Part shown: piece after piece, positions 46,659-56,083 of the stretch
How the letters are laid out: every line of letters begins with the position of its first letter
Numbering within the stretch: position 1 is the first letter of the stretch
Origin: Candidatus Latescibacterota bacterium
GTDB lineage: Bacteria; Latescibacterota; UBA2968; UBA8231
Length of the DNA stretch: 64,000 nt
Assembly: GCA_965217095.1 (NCBI GenBank)
Contig: OZ244235.1
Location: 3,673,931 to 3,737,930 of the forward strand
Direction of reading: 5' to 3'
Translations under genes and position numbers: made by a program
The notes under the pieces: model-generated
Told to the model about the DNA's origin: nothing
Seen by the model: only the letters and a program-made list of their open reading frames with translations
Databases searched by the model: none

Positions 46659-48011
46659 TCAATCTATCCGAAAGGTCGTCCCTGCGATGAAGCGGACCAG
46701 CTCGGGCTCGGGAATCGGCTCGTCCCCTTCCTTCTCCGTCCACCAGTAGGCCGTGAGGATTCGTCCGTCAGGGAGCTCGGTGAGCACCGGATAACCCAGA
46801 TCCCAACAGTAGGCGTCGCCGCGGACGACGAACTCCTCACTCCAGGTCTGGCCCAGGTCATCGCTGATGACGCCGATTATGCCGCGACAGCCTCGATCCG
46901 CCGTGCGTCGTGCGAACAGGACGACGATGCGCCCCTCGCGGGTGATCAGCGCTACCGGACATCGTTGCCGGGAGTTGTCCTTCATGCCCTCCTCGTTGCG
47001 CGGCGCCGATTCTGGGGGAGGGCCAGTGACCGGACCGGAGAACGTGCCCGGTGTGGTGACGAACTCCGGCGCCGACCAGGTCATGCCGTCGTTGGTGGAG
47101 AATGCGACGCAGGGTATTTCGAAGTCCGGCGTCGCCCCCCAGTGCTGATGCATGCAGACCATCAACCGCCCGTCGGGAAGCTTGTGCACTCCAGAGTAGT
47201 TGTAGCCCGCCATCATGTCGCCGTCGATGGGCGTGATATGCGGGCTGATGCGGGCGACGTCACTGACGTACTCAAAGCTGACACCGTTGTTGTAGCTGAC
47301 ATGATAGGCGCAGATGTTGCGCCGGTAGATCCCTCCGACGATGCCGAGGACTCCGTTGTCGAAGCGGACGTGGCCGAGGTTGGCCGACAGGAAGCCCCCG
47401 CCGGGCGCCCACCTGGGCGCGTCCAACAGCGTCGCGTGTTTCTCCCACGTGCGGCCGCGGTCTCTGCTGCGCACGCAGAACGACGGGTTGTGCTTCCGTT
47501 TGCCGAGGTGAAAATTGGCACTCTTGTTCGGCTGGTTTGGCCCCCCTCCGATCGGCCATTTCAGGTACACGCTGTGGCCGAAGTGGATGATCGAGTCCGT
47601 GTCACCCAGGTCGATTTCCTCGCGCTCGCCAAGGTCGCGGGGTCGCAGCCAGTCGAGCGTTTCGTCGATCGTCCGGTCGTTGTTCCAGATCCACTGGCGC
47701 TCGCTCTCATGCCAGGTCTCGCCCCAGTCGAGCGAGCGGCTCAGCATCACACCTGACTCCCTGCCCCACTTCTCGTGCGTGCCTCGAAAGGAACGAGGTC
47801 CACCGTCGTGGCGGTTGTACCCCGCCGGCAGATCGTCCGTGTAGTTCATCGGTACGGCGACGTAGGCGATGGCGATCTCGCCGTCACCGAAGTTCCAGAT
47901 GCCGCCGCTGTTCGGGGCGAACACGTAGAGATGGTCGTCGTAGTGGATTTTTGTGTGCTTGACGTCGCTCAACTCGACCTGGCGAACGCCGACAGTACGT
48001 TTTGATTCCAT
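46659..48011 (-). CDS. BNR/Asp-box repeat (sialidase-like) beta-propeller protein
   Basis: Four Asp-boxes: SLDWGETW, SRDRGRTW, STNDGMTW, SDDLGQTW. No signal peptide visible. Confidence 0.85.
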   Translation of the reverse strand: MESKRTVGVRQVELSDVKHTKIHYDDHLYVFAPNSGGIWNFGDGEIAIAYVAVPMNYTDDLPAGYNRHDGGPRSFRGTHEKWGRESGVMLSRSLDWGETWHESERQWIWNNDRTIDETLDWLRPRDLGEREEIDLGDTDSIIHFGHSVYLKWPIGGGPNQPNKSANFHLGKRKHNPSFCVRSRDRGRTWEKHATLLDAPRWAPGGGFLSANLGHVRFDNGVLGIVGGIYRRNICAYHVSYNNGVSFEYVSDVARISPHITPIDGDMMAGYNYSGVHKLPDGRLMVCMHQHWGATPDFEIPCVAFSTNDGMTWSAPEFVTTPGTFSGPVTGPPPESAPRNEEGMKDNSRQRCPVALITREGRIVVLFARRTADRGCRGIIGVISDDLGQTWSEEFVVRGDAYCWDLGYPVLTELPDGRILTAYWWTEKEGDEPIPEPELVRFIAGTTFRID

Positions 48012-48205
48012 CAGTCAACCCTTCTCCGATAGATTTGCAAGAGAAAGCGCCCCCAGGAATCCGACATGACAGCGCTGTCATCGGTTCGGCTGTCTTCGGC
48101 GGCCATCAACAGACCATCGACGAAATCGTGCTTGATCTGTGTTGCGTTGTCTCTCCAGTCCATCATGGCACATCGCCTCTCATTCCCGACGTCTCTGTCA
48201 GTTAC

Positions 48206-49336
48206 TCATCTGCTTCCATCGACCCAGTCGCGAGCGACCTGACCTACAAGATAGGCTTCGGACAATCGTCTGTCTGCGTGATTGGTCATCAGATTCTTGG
48301 TAAAACCGACCGCCATTGCCCTGCTCGGATCCGCAAACCCGATCGAGCCGCCGAGACCGGGATGACCGAACGCCGAACCGGTGGAGCCGATGCGCACATC
48401 GCCACCCTCCTCCTCCACACCACCGAGCATGTATCCCAGGGCTTTGCTGTTGCGCACTTCCATCACTTCGTCGCGGGCATCCGTCTGCAGGGCGGTCGCC
48501 GCCGCCACGCGGTCCGCTGACAGAATGCGAACTCCCGCCAGCTCGCCGCCGGCGGCGAGCGCAGCATAGTGCCGTGCAATGGCGCGGGCGTTCATGATGC
48601 CGCCACTTCCCGGAATTGCCGCCCGCCGCACAGCGGGCAAATTCATTGTATCAGCCGTGGCGGTGTGCAGGGGCAGCGCCTGCTCGCGGAGACCGGAGCC
48701 CGCCTCGGGCGCCACATCGTCGACGAGTGTGGCGACCCGGTCCTCGACAGCTGGTGGGACTCCAAGATAGAAATCGCTGATGCCGAGGGGCTCGCAGAGT
48801 TCTTCGCGAGCAAACGCCGAGATCGACCGCCCGTCAACACGCCTGACGACCTCCCCGATGATCCAGCCGAATGTCAGCGCGTGATAGGCCGCCTTCACAC
48901 CGGGTTCCCACAGTGGTTCGAGCTCGGCAATCGCCGCGCACATGCCGTCCCAGTCGCTGAGCGAATCGACAGCAGTGCCCGCAGGCAATTGGGGAATTCC
49001 CGCCGTGTGATTGAGCGCCTGCCGCACGGTGATCACTTCTTTGCCCCGGCAGCCGAACTCGGGCCAGTACTGCGCCACTGGCGTGTTGTAGTCGACCTGC
49101 TTGCGATCCGCCAGGATGTGGAGGCAAGTGGCGACAAACCCCTTGGTCGTCGACCATGAGGTGAACAGGGTATCGCCGTCGACGGTCCGTGCTCCCTCCC
49201 CCCTCTTCATGTCGCCTGCCCAGACGTCGGCCACGAGTTGACCCTCGACGTACACCGCTGCCTGCAGTCCCAGCTCGCGGCCGGACTTGACAAGCTCGTC
49301 GAGCAATCTCTGAAGTCCGTCTTGCAGTTCCGTCAC
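48206..49336 (-). CDS. serine hydrolase, beta-lactamase/esterase (class C-like) fold
   Basis: FTSWSTTKGF contains the S-x-x-K motif. Also LNHTAGIP and HPGLGGSIGFADP. Confidence 0.9.
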   Translation of the reverse strand: MTELQDGLQRLLDELVKSGRELGLQAAVYVEGQLVADVWAGDMKRGEGARTVDGDTLFTSWSTTKGFVATCLHILADRKQVDYNTPVAQYWPEFGCRGKEVITVRQALNHTAGIPQLPAGTAVDSLSDWDGMCAAIAELEPLWEPGVKAAYHALTFGWIIGEVVRRVDGRSISAFAREELCEPLGISDFYLGVPPAVEDRVATLVDDVAPEAGSGLREQALPLHTATADTMNLPAVRRAAIPGSGGIMNARAIARHYAALAAGGELAGVRILSADRVAAATALQTDARDEVMEVRNSKALGYMLGGVEEEGGDVRIGSTGSAFGHPGLGGSIGFADPSRAMAVGFTKNLMTNHADRRLSEAYLVGQVARDWVDGSR

Positions 49337-49494
49337 AGGTGCTCGTCTAGATCGTCAAGCGCCTCCTGCGGGATGTCGATCTCCAGTGGCTCTATCTCGA
49401 CCGGCCCAACTGACATACATTCCCCCGACACGGAAACACCGAACTTCTCGAACAACGTAGTCCCGTCTCTCCCCGTGGGCCAACTGGTGCACGT

Positions 49495-50688
49495 GTGCTG
49501 AACAATCCGTTACTCCACAACCCCGATGAGATCGACGTCGGGCTGGCCCGCGTCCTTGAGGGCCCCACGGACGAATTGGCGCGGGCGACGCGACCGGCCT
49601 TTCTCGCCAACGATCGCTCTCCGGTCCAATGGTCCGCTGAAGACTGGGTCCGCATGGCCGCGGAACGCCGCGATTTGCTCGATATGGCCTCTGTCTCAGC
49701 ACAGTTTGATGCCGAGGCGTTTCTGCTCGATGGATACACCGTTTTTCGCGAGGTCATGACGGCGGACGCGATCGACGAGTGGACCACTGCGCTCAGACGC
49801 GGCCAGCAGCTCAACGACGCTCTGCTGACGGCCGACTGGAACATGATTGACTGGCTCGGCCTGGGACGTACGCCGCCGGAGAAATTCCTCACCAGCGCTG
49901 AGATCGAGGCCGCCCTCGGCGGCAGCCAGCAGACCCCGCGGTCGACGGATGAGGCCGGCGTTCAGACGCTGCGGCAACACAGTCTGTTCGCCGAATACTT
50001 CCCAGCCGGCCACATCCCGTTCCTGATGAACGTGCTGACCCATCCGCAGTTTCTCGAGTTGCAGCGGATGTGCTTGGGATCCGACGATATCTACTTCGAT
50101 CATCATCAACTGTTGTCGCGACCAGGTGGCTACTCCGGCGGCCGTTGGCACAGTCATGGAATTGGCGGCGGACACGATGACTGCGGTAGCTCCACTGTGC
50201 CTGAATATCGCGCCCAGCCCAACCTCAACCTGACCCTCTGTTATCCGCGGGGTTTTGAAGCGCAGGGAGATGGCGGCCTGAAACTGGTTGCCGGCAGGCA
50301 TCTTTTCCGCGACCCCAGTGGCTGCCGCGCCGCGACTGACGACGAGTTGCGGCGAGGATGGCTCAGAGATCGACTCCATCCGGTGACCTCCAAGCCACTG
50401 AAGATCGAGCATCTCGCTGTGCCACCGGGCTCGATCGTCTGCTGCCTTTCCCACGCCGCCCACGGTGTCGCCCCGAAAGCCCCGGGGCGGCAAACTCGCT
50501 GGTGCTCGCTGCTTTGTTACAGGAAAGCGGACGATAACACGGGCTATGTGCAGCCTCCGAGCGCCGTCCCACCCGTTTGGGCGATGAAAGCGCAGCGCGG
50601 CGAACTGCCGCCCGACCTCGCCCAGCTGCTGCGCCACAGCCACGACCGCGAACTCACGGGTGGACGAACCGACCACGATGACGCATGA
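49495..50688 (+). CDS. PhyH-like dioxygenase, long form
   Basis: GTG start. FLLDGYTVFREVMTADAIDEW is a PhyH-type N-terminal strand-helix. RWHSHG and a late SHAAHGV. More divergent than the other copies. Confidence 0.7.
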   Translation: MLNNPLLHNPDEIDVGLARVLEGPTDELARATRPAFLANDRSPVQWSAEDWVRMAAERRDLLDMASVSAQFDAEAFLLDGYTVFREVMTADAIDEWTTALRRGQQLNDALLTADWNMIDWLGLGRTPPEKFLTSAEIEAALGGSQQTPRSTDEAGVQTLRQHSLFAEYFPAGHIPFLMNVLTHPQFLELQRMCLGSDDIYFDHHQLLSRPGGYSGGRWHSHGIGGGHDDCGSSTVPEYRAQPNLNLTLCYPRGFEAQGDGGLKLVAGRHLFRDPSGCRAATDDELRRGWLRDRLHPVTSKPLKIEHLAVPPGSIVCCLSHAAHGVAPKAPGRQTRWCSLLCYRKADDNTGYVQPPSAVPPVWAMKAQRGELPPDLAQLLRHSHDRELTGGRTDHDDA

Positions 50689-50808
50689 ATCTGACTGAAC
50701 TGGGCTGAAGATCAGCTAGATACGCACAATCGCCGTCGGCTATTGCGTGTTGTCGGCAAAACACTTTGCCCAAAACCGCAAAAGAATGTCAATGGAAGGA
50801 GAGCCCAA

Positions 50809-51327
50809 TTGGGAGGATACTTTAAACAGATAACCGACGAGCAGGCAGACCTGATCCGCAGCTCGGCGGTTTTTTTCATTGCTACCGCCGATCCGGAATT
50901 GCGCTCTGGACCCAAGAATGTCGGACCGATCAACCTCTCGCCGAAAGGGGCAACCCCCCTGCACATTATCACGCCCAACCGGGTTGCCTATCTCGACTAC
51001 GCCGGGAGCGGCAACGAAACCGCCCGGCATGCCGAGGCCGGTGGGCCGGTGACGGTGATGGTTTGTTCCTTTGGCGAAGCGGATGTGGCTATCGTACGGC
51101 TCTATGGCACCACCCGGGTTGTCCCGTTCGAGGAATCACCGCTTTCGGAGCGGTTGTTCGAATCTCCCGCAGTGGATCTCAAGCTTCCGCCGCGGCAGGT
51201 GATCGAGGTCGACGTGGAGCAGACCCAGACGAGCTGTGGGTACGGAGTACCAATCATGTCGTTCGTGAGGGAACGCCGGGTCGCGGATCGCGGCCGCAGA
51301 TTCAAAGACGCTGCGCAGTTCAAGTAG
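50809..51327 (+). CDS. pyridoxamine 5'-phosphate oxidase-family (FMN-binding split barrel) protein
   Basis: GGAAGGAGAG lies before the TTG at 50809. FKQITDEQADLIRSSAVFFIATADPE...INLSPKG...YLDYAGSGNET. Confidence 0.8.
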   Translation: MGGYFKQITDEQADLIRSSAVFFIATADPELRSGPKNVGPINLSPKGATPLHIITPNRVAYLDYAGSGNETARHAEAGGPVTVMVCSFGEADVAIVRLYGTTRVVPFEESPLSERLFESPAVDLKLPPRQVIEVDVEQTQTSCGYGVPIMSFVRERRVADRGRRFKDAAQFK

Positions 51328-51416
51328 GGGTAACCGGTTTGCCTCGCTAAACGTCTTGATCGACGCCATCCGCTCGGTTGGTGCTGCAAACCCGCCGCCG
51401 CAAAGGAGTTTTATGT

Positions 51417-52742
51417 ATGAGTCGCATTGATCGCGTGGAGATCGTCGATGTCCGGGTGCCCACCTCCGACACCCTGCTCGGCTCGGACCCCTTTCACAAG
51501 AAACCGAACTATTCGACGGTGCTCACCACCCTGACCACCAGCGATGGATTGGCGGGGACCTCGGTCAATTTCACCGCCGGCGCCGGCAACGATTGGATCG
51601 CCTACGGCGTCGCCGACCTGGCCCAATTGGTCGAAGGCCAGGATCTCGATGATTTTGCGGCCAACCCTGGCGCCTTTCACCGGCTCCTGGTCGACCATCA
51701 CCAGCTGCGCTGGCTCGCCGACGGCGTGGCCCGCATGGCGATCGGCTCGGTGGTCAACGCGTTGTGGGATCTGTGGGCCAAAAGAGAAAACAAGCCGCTC
51801 TGGAAGCTGCTCGTTGATTTATCCCCGGAGCAGGTCGTCCAGAGCATCGATTGGCGCTACCTCCGCGAGGCGCTGAGCCCTGAGGAAGCGATGGACATAC
51901 TGCGGCAGGGACAGGTTGGTCGCCGCGAACGGGAGCAACGGTTTGCCGGGCGCGGACCGAAGGCGTACTCCACCGCCGGCTGGCTGGGACTAACTGACGA
52001 GCAGATCGCCGCCACCATCACCGAAATGAAGTCCGTCGGTTTCGACTGTTTCAAGATGAAGGTGGGTCAGGACATCCAGCACGACCGCGAGCGCCTCGGA
52101 TTCATTCGCTCCATAATCGGCGACGAGGCGCTGATGATGCTCGATGCCAACCAGGTCTGGGGCGTCGATGAGGCGATCGCCTACATGGAACAGCTGGCAG
52201 AGTTTCGACCCCATTGGATCGAGGAACCCACCGCCCGCGATGACGTATTGGGTTACTGCAGGATCGCCGAAGCCCTGGCGCCCCACGGCATCGGCGTGGC
52301 CTGCGGCGAGCAAGTCCCCTCCCCCGTCATCTTCAAACAGCTACTGCAACGCGGAGCGATCCACTTCTGCCAGATCGACGCCACGCGCCTAGGCGGTGTT
52401 AACGACGTGATCGCCGTCATCCTACTGGCTGCCAAATACAAAGTTCCGGTCTGCCCGCATGGCGGCGGGATCGGGCTGTGCAACATGATCTGTCATTATG
52501 CGTTGTGGGACCAGATCGCCGTGGCAGCTCATTCAGAGACCCAGATGGTGGAGTACCTCAACTTCCTTCAGGATGGAGTGTTTCTCCACCCGGTAGCGGT
52601 CGCGGACGGCGCCTATGTGACGCCCGCCCGTGCCGGATGGAGCCTGGAGATGTTTCCGGAGTTTATCGCAGATCACACCTATCCCGATGGCAAGATCTGG
52701 CGGGACCGACAGGCCTCCGGCGGCATCACCTTTCTGGCGTGA
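51417..52742 (+). CDS. fucD: enolase-superfamily dehydratase, L-fuconate dehydratase-like
   Basis: AAAGGAG lies 8 nt before the ATG at 51417. IVDVRVPTSDTLLGSDPFHKKPNYS...QLRWLADGVARMAIGSVVNALWDLWAKRENKPLWKLLVDLSPEQVV closely parallels FucD from memory. ~441 aa. Confidence 0.8.
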   Translation: MSRIDRVEIVDVRVPTSDTLLGSDPFHKKPNYSTVLTTLTTSDGLAGTSVNFTAGAGNDWIAYGVADLAQLVEGQDLDDFAANPGAFHRLLVDHHQLRWLADGVARMAIGSVVNALWDLWAKRENKPLWKLLVDLSPEQVVQSIDWRYLREALSPEEAMDILRQGQVGRREREQRFAGRGPKAYSTAGWLGLTDEQIAATITEMKSVGFDCFKMKVGQDIQHDRERLGFIRSIIGDEALMMLDANQVWGVDEAIAYMEQLAEFRPHWIEEPTARDDVLGYCRIAEALAPHGIGVACGEQVPSPVIFKQLLQRGAIHFCQIDATRLGGVNDVIAVILLAAKYKVPVCPHGGGIGLCNMICHYALWDQIAVAAHSETQMVEYLNFLQDGVFLHPVAVADGAYVTPARAGWSLEMFPEFIADHTYPDGKIWRDRQASGGITFLA

Positions 52743-52841
52743 GCTGGCACTAATCTTCGACGAAGTGATTATAGAGGGGCTTGACCTCTTGCGGAAGACG
52801 CGCGAGCACGTCTCGCTTGATCGGAGTCTGGAGCGGCAGAA

Positions 52842-55763
52842 TTGAATTTTTCCAGGTTCGTGACCGTTGTGGCCATTGCCTCTGCGCTCTCAGTATCCTC
52901 CGCCGCGAGTGCGAGCGAGGGGTGGTTGAAGGAGGTTGCAACGGAACATCCGTTTCTGCGCTCGGATCGTCGGGGATACGAGAACTTCGCACTCTCTCAC
53001 TTTCAGAATTATCCCAACCACCACTTCCCCTACATCGATACACCCAGGCGCTTTTACGGTCCCATGGGAACCGAACTAATCACCGGATACGATCTCTTCC
53101 AGTGGCGCGAGACCCGAACACCTGGGCAGGAGTACGGGAGTTCCATTCAAAAGCCGAACGAGATGTACAGCCTGGCGTGGAACAAGGTCTACGATGCCAC
53201 CGTGATTGGCCGCGACGGATACGGCGATTGGGGTTACAGTCTCATTGTCGGGGACAACATGATCGCGCGCCTGTCGCCCTTGACCCTATCGATGACCGAT
53301 TTCAACGGTTTCCGTATGGACCTGGCAACGTATCGGTTGAAACTCACTGGAATGGCGTCACGCATCGAGCGGCCTCACGTCTTTCAAACCATCGCGCCAA
53401 CCTGGGCGACCGGGAGGACCCAGTTTGCGGATGACTCCACACTGCTCTTGGGAGGGCGCCTGCAGGCGGATCTGGGTGCCGCCAAAGTGGGGATAAATCT
53501 GGCCAATTCACATGTTTACGGAAGTACTCAACCTGGCAACAGCATTAAAGGAGTGTTGCGCCCGGATCATCCGTTGATGGATTGGGTAATCGTGCGGTTC
53601 ACCGACGACTCGCCGCTGGACGGCGCCGGGGGTGCCGTTGTGCAGGACGTCGTGTTGCACGTCAACGGCGAGGAACGCCCCGACCTGGTACCGTCTGTCA
53701 TTCGCCACCAAGCGGGGGTGGGACCTCAGGTGGGCAATGTGTCCGCGGCCACCGGACGATTTCGCGCCGTTGACTACCGGCTGTTCAGCGGTCACCGTCT
53801 CTACTATCGCGGACGGGACGAAATCCCGCTGTATGCGGATTATTTCAATCGCATTGATCACGAGGAAGGGCTGGATGTGAGTAGCGCAGTTCGGCTGGAC
53901 GGACTGCTAGAAAACCTCCACATGGAATCGCCGGATGCAACGCTGATTGCCGACGGCGGTGAGCAGTTGGTCTATCTCTTCGATCTCACGGGGGAATCGC
54001 GGGTAGAATCTGTCGAGCTGGAAGCGCTCCTGGCCAACGACTATCGGGTGGATGTGGCGCTGCTGGCCACCTCGAACGCCCGGGCGAAGAACTACTACTC
54101 GCGATACAGGTCGACGTTCTATCGCACTCGGCTGAGGTCTCGTGGCAATGTCGGAGATCGCAGCAATCTTCGCAGAGTGCGGTTCGATATTGGGGAAGAC
54201 ACCGGTCTGTTCATCTACAGCGCCGACGCCGCTCTCGACCTGCCCGGCCTCGAGATAATAGCTGAGTACGCCCGTTCCGCGCGCTTCGCCCGCTATCCGT
54301 CCCACATAGAGGGCATACCTGCCTTCAGCGAAAGTCCCAGATTCTCTGAACGCGGCGGTGCATACTACGCCAACGCCATCCACTGGTTCGAGAGCGGCCG
54401 GATTGGAGGCGAACTGTTTTCCATAGGACCCCAATTTACCAGCACGTTCCGCACCAACTTGAACGAGCCACCCCAAGGCAACCTCCGCGGCATGATGAAC
54501 GAGACGATGTACTGGGATCTGGTGCAAGACAACGACGACGGCGATCGGTTCCCCGACCGGCGCGTGGGAGATATTGAAGGTTTTATCGCGGACGGAGAGG
54601 CGTTCGACCTGGATGGCGTATTCTTGGCGCAGGATGCCGACAATGATGGCTGGCCGGAGATCAACCGGGATGGCGACGGAATTCCAGATTTCGAGGAACC
54701 GTTCCTGATGTTCGACGTGGAGCCGAACATCTATGTCTATGGACTCGATCGGAACAACAACGACGAGCCGGACAAGCGGGAAGATGACGGCCAGGTCGAC
54801 TACCCCTACGACCCCGATCAGCGCGGCTATCATCTGTTCGTTCGATTCGACCTCTTGCGAAATCTGTCACTGGCGGCGGGACGGTACGATGTCGATGAGG
54901 TGGCTGGCAGCGGCCGCAATCGCTCCACCTATGCGCTGCTCACCTACCAATCCAGGTCCCGCGAAGATGGACAGTGGCTGATGGTCGAGAACAACCTTCG
55001 CCGTGTGCAGGATGATATCCGCGACGACTACATCGTTGTGGACGCCAGGTCGGATCGAACTCGGTTTTTCGGCGAAGGCCGCTTGGCGCTACCCAATACC
55101 GACGAACGGCGGCTTCAGGACAAGCCGCCCATCTACTCCGGCGAATTCGTGCGCGATCTGAATTTTTACAAAGACAGTTACGTCAACGAAACCTATCTGC
55201 AAACCCGGTTCCGGGTCTGGCCGAAGCTGATTGTTCAGCAGGCGGTGAGGGCGCGTTTCAACTGGCAGCGCGGGGGAGAGCTCTACAACGGTCTATTCCA
55301 ACGAAAACGGCGGCTGGATCTGTGGAGCTGGGTGAGCCGGATGGAACGCTCCGCTCATCTTGGAAAGCTGAAGCTTACCGCCCAGTACAAATTCATGGCG
55401 CTGCGACTTGTCGACCGCGAACGCGACGTGAAGGTACTTGCTGAACGGCGTTCCATTCCAATATTGCGCCTGGAGTATCCCTTGCTATCGCGCACTTCCG
55501 TGCGTTTGGGTATCCAGGGAATGGGAGCTGTACCGTATCGGTTTCGCGACGAGACAGCCGCGCGAAACAGTTTCGAGCAACGCACTATGTTTGCCACGAT
55601 AACCAATCAGTCGAAGTACTTCGGATACGAACTCGTGACCATCGCCGGGTTCAGCAAGGATAGATTGGAGTTCGATTCCCGCCAGGACAGACGAGCTTCC
55701 GACGTGCTTACGGTTTTCGTGCGGGGGTTGATCGGGTTCACCGAATTCGGTCGACCGATCTAA
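52842..55763 (+). CDS. 973-aa secreted/outer-membrane protein with Asp-rich calcium-binding-type repeats, uncharacterised
   Basis: TTG start. Signal peptide FVTVVAIASALSVSSAASASEG. Asp-rich repeats DNDDGDRFPD, DADNDGWPEINRDGDGIPDFEEP and DRNNNDEPDKREDDGQVDYPYDPD at ~54525-54822. A long strand-rich C-terminal half. A decayed paralog lies at 753-1200. Confidence 0.8.
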   Translation: MNFSRFVTVVAIASALSVSSAASASEGWLKEVATEHPFLRSDRRGYENFALSHFQNYPNHHFPYIDTPRRFYGPMGTELITGYDLFQWRETRTPGQEYGSSIQKPNEMYSLAWNKVYDATVIGRDGYGDWGYSLIVGDNMIARLSPLTLSMTDFNGFRMDLATYRLKLTGMASRIERPHVFQTIAPTWATGRTQFADDSTLLLGGRLQADLGAAKVGINLANSHVYGSTQPGNSIKGVLRPDHPLMDWVIVRFTDDSPLDGAGGAVVQDVVLHVNGEERPDLVPSVIRHQAGVGPQVGNVSAATGRFRAVDYRLFSGHRLYYRGRDEIPLYADYFNRIDHEEGLDVSSAVRLDGLLENLHMESPDATLIADGGEQLVYLFDLTGESRVESVELEALLANDYRVDVALLATSNARAKNYYSRYRSTFYRTRLRSRGNVGDRSNLRRVRFDIGEDTGLFIYSADAALDLPGLEIIAEYARSARFARYPSHIEGIPAFSESPRFSERGGAYYANAIHWFESGRIGGELFSIGPQFTSTFRTNLNEPPQGNLRGMMNETMYWDLVQDNDDGDRFPDRRVGDIEGFIADGEAFDLDGVFLAQDADNDGWPEINRDGDGIPDFEEPFLMFDVEPNIYVYGLDRNNNDEPDKREDDGQVDYPYDPDQRGYHLFVRFDLLRNLSLAAGRYDVDEVAGSGRNRSTYALLTYQSRSREDGQWLMVENNLRRVQDDIRDDYIVVDARSDRTRFFGEGRLALPNTDERRLQDKPPIYSGEFVRDLNFYKDSYVNETYLQTRFRVWPKLIVQQAVRARFNWQRGGELYNGLFQRKRRLDLWSWVSRMERSAHLGKLKLTAQYKFMALRLVDRERDVKVLAERRSIPILRLEYPLLSRTSVRLGIQGMGAVPYRFRDETAARNSFEQRTMFATITNQSKYFGYELVTIAGFSKDRLEFDSRQDRRASDVLTVFVRGLIGFTEFGRPI

Positions 55764-55907
55764 CGCTATCTGAAACCGGGCGGCCATCGCCATGATCAGC
55801 CCTCCTGAAATACAGATTCGCTTCATCATCTCTTGCCTGACCCCCATCGTCCCTGTTCCCTATGTGCCCTTATGCTATCTGATCGTCCCTCAGACTCGCA
55901 GCGCCCG

Positions 55908-56027
55908 TCAGCCGACGGTGAGCTGCGCCGGCGTCTCGGACACGGGAAAAGTGGCGCGCGTCAGGCTCTCAATCAGGTAGTCGTCGAAGAAGAGCTGCTT
56001 GCTGGATCCAATCTCTAGCATCGGCAT
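55908..56027 (-). pseudogene. N-terminal relic (39 codons) of an expanded-family propeller gene, downstream of the sulfatase
   Basis: MPMLEIGSSKQLFFDDYLIESLTRATFPVSETPAQLTVG*, compared with MKFLFLDDFHIERIDNLARKMH and LKHLFIDDHEIQQVDNLARTLH at the intact N-termini. Confidence 0.5.
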
Positions 56028-56083
56028 AGTTTTTTTAGTCCTCAAATCGATTTAGATCACGCACTGGCTTGCTGGGACGGACC

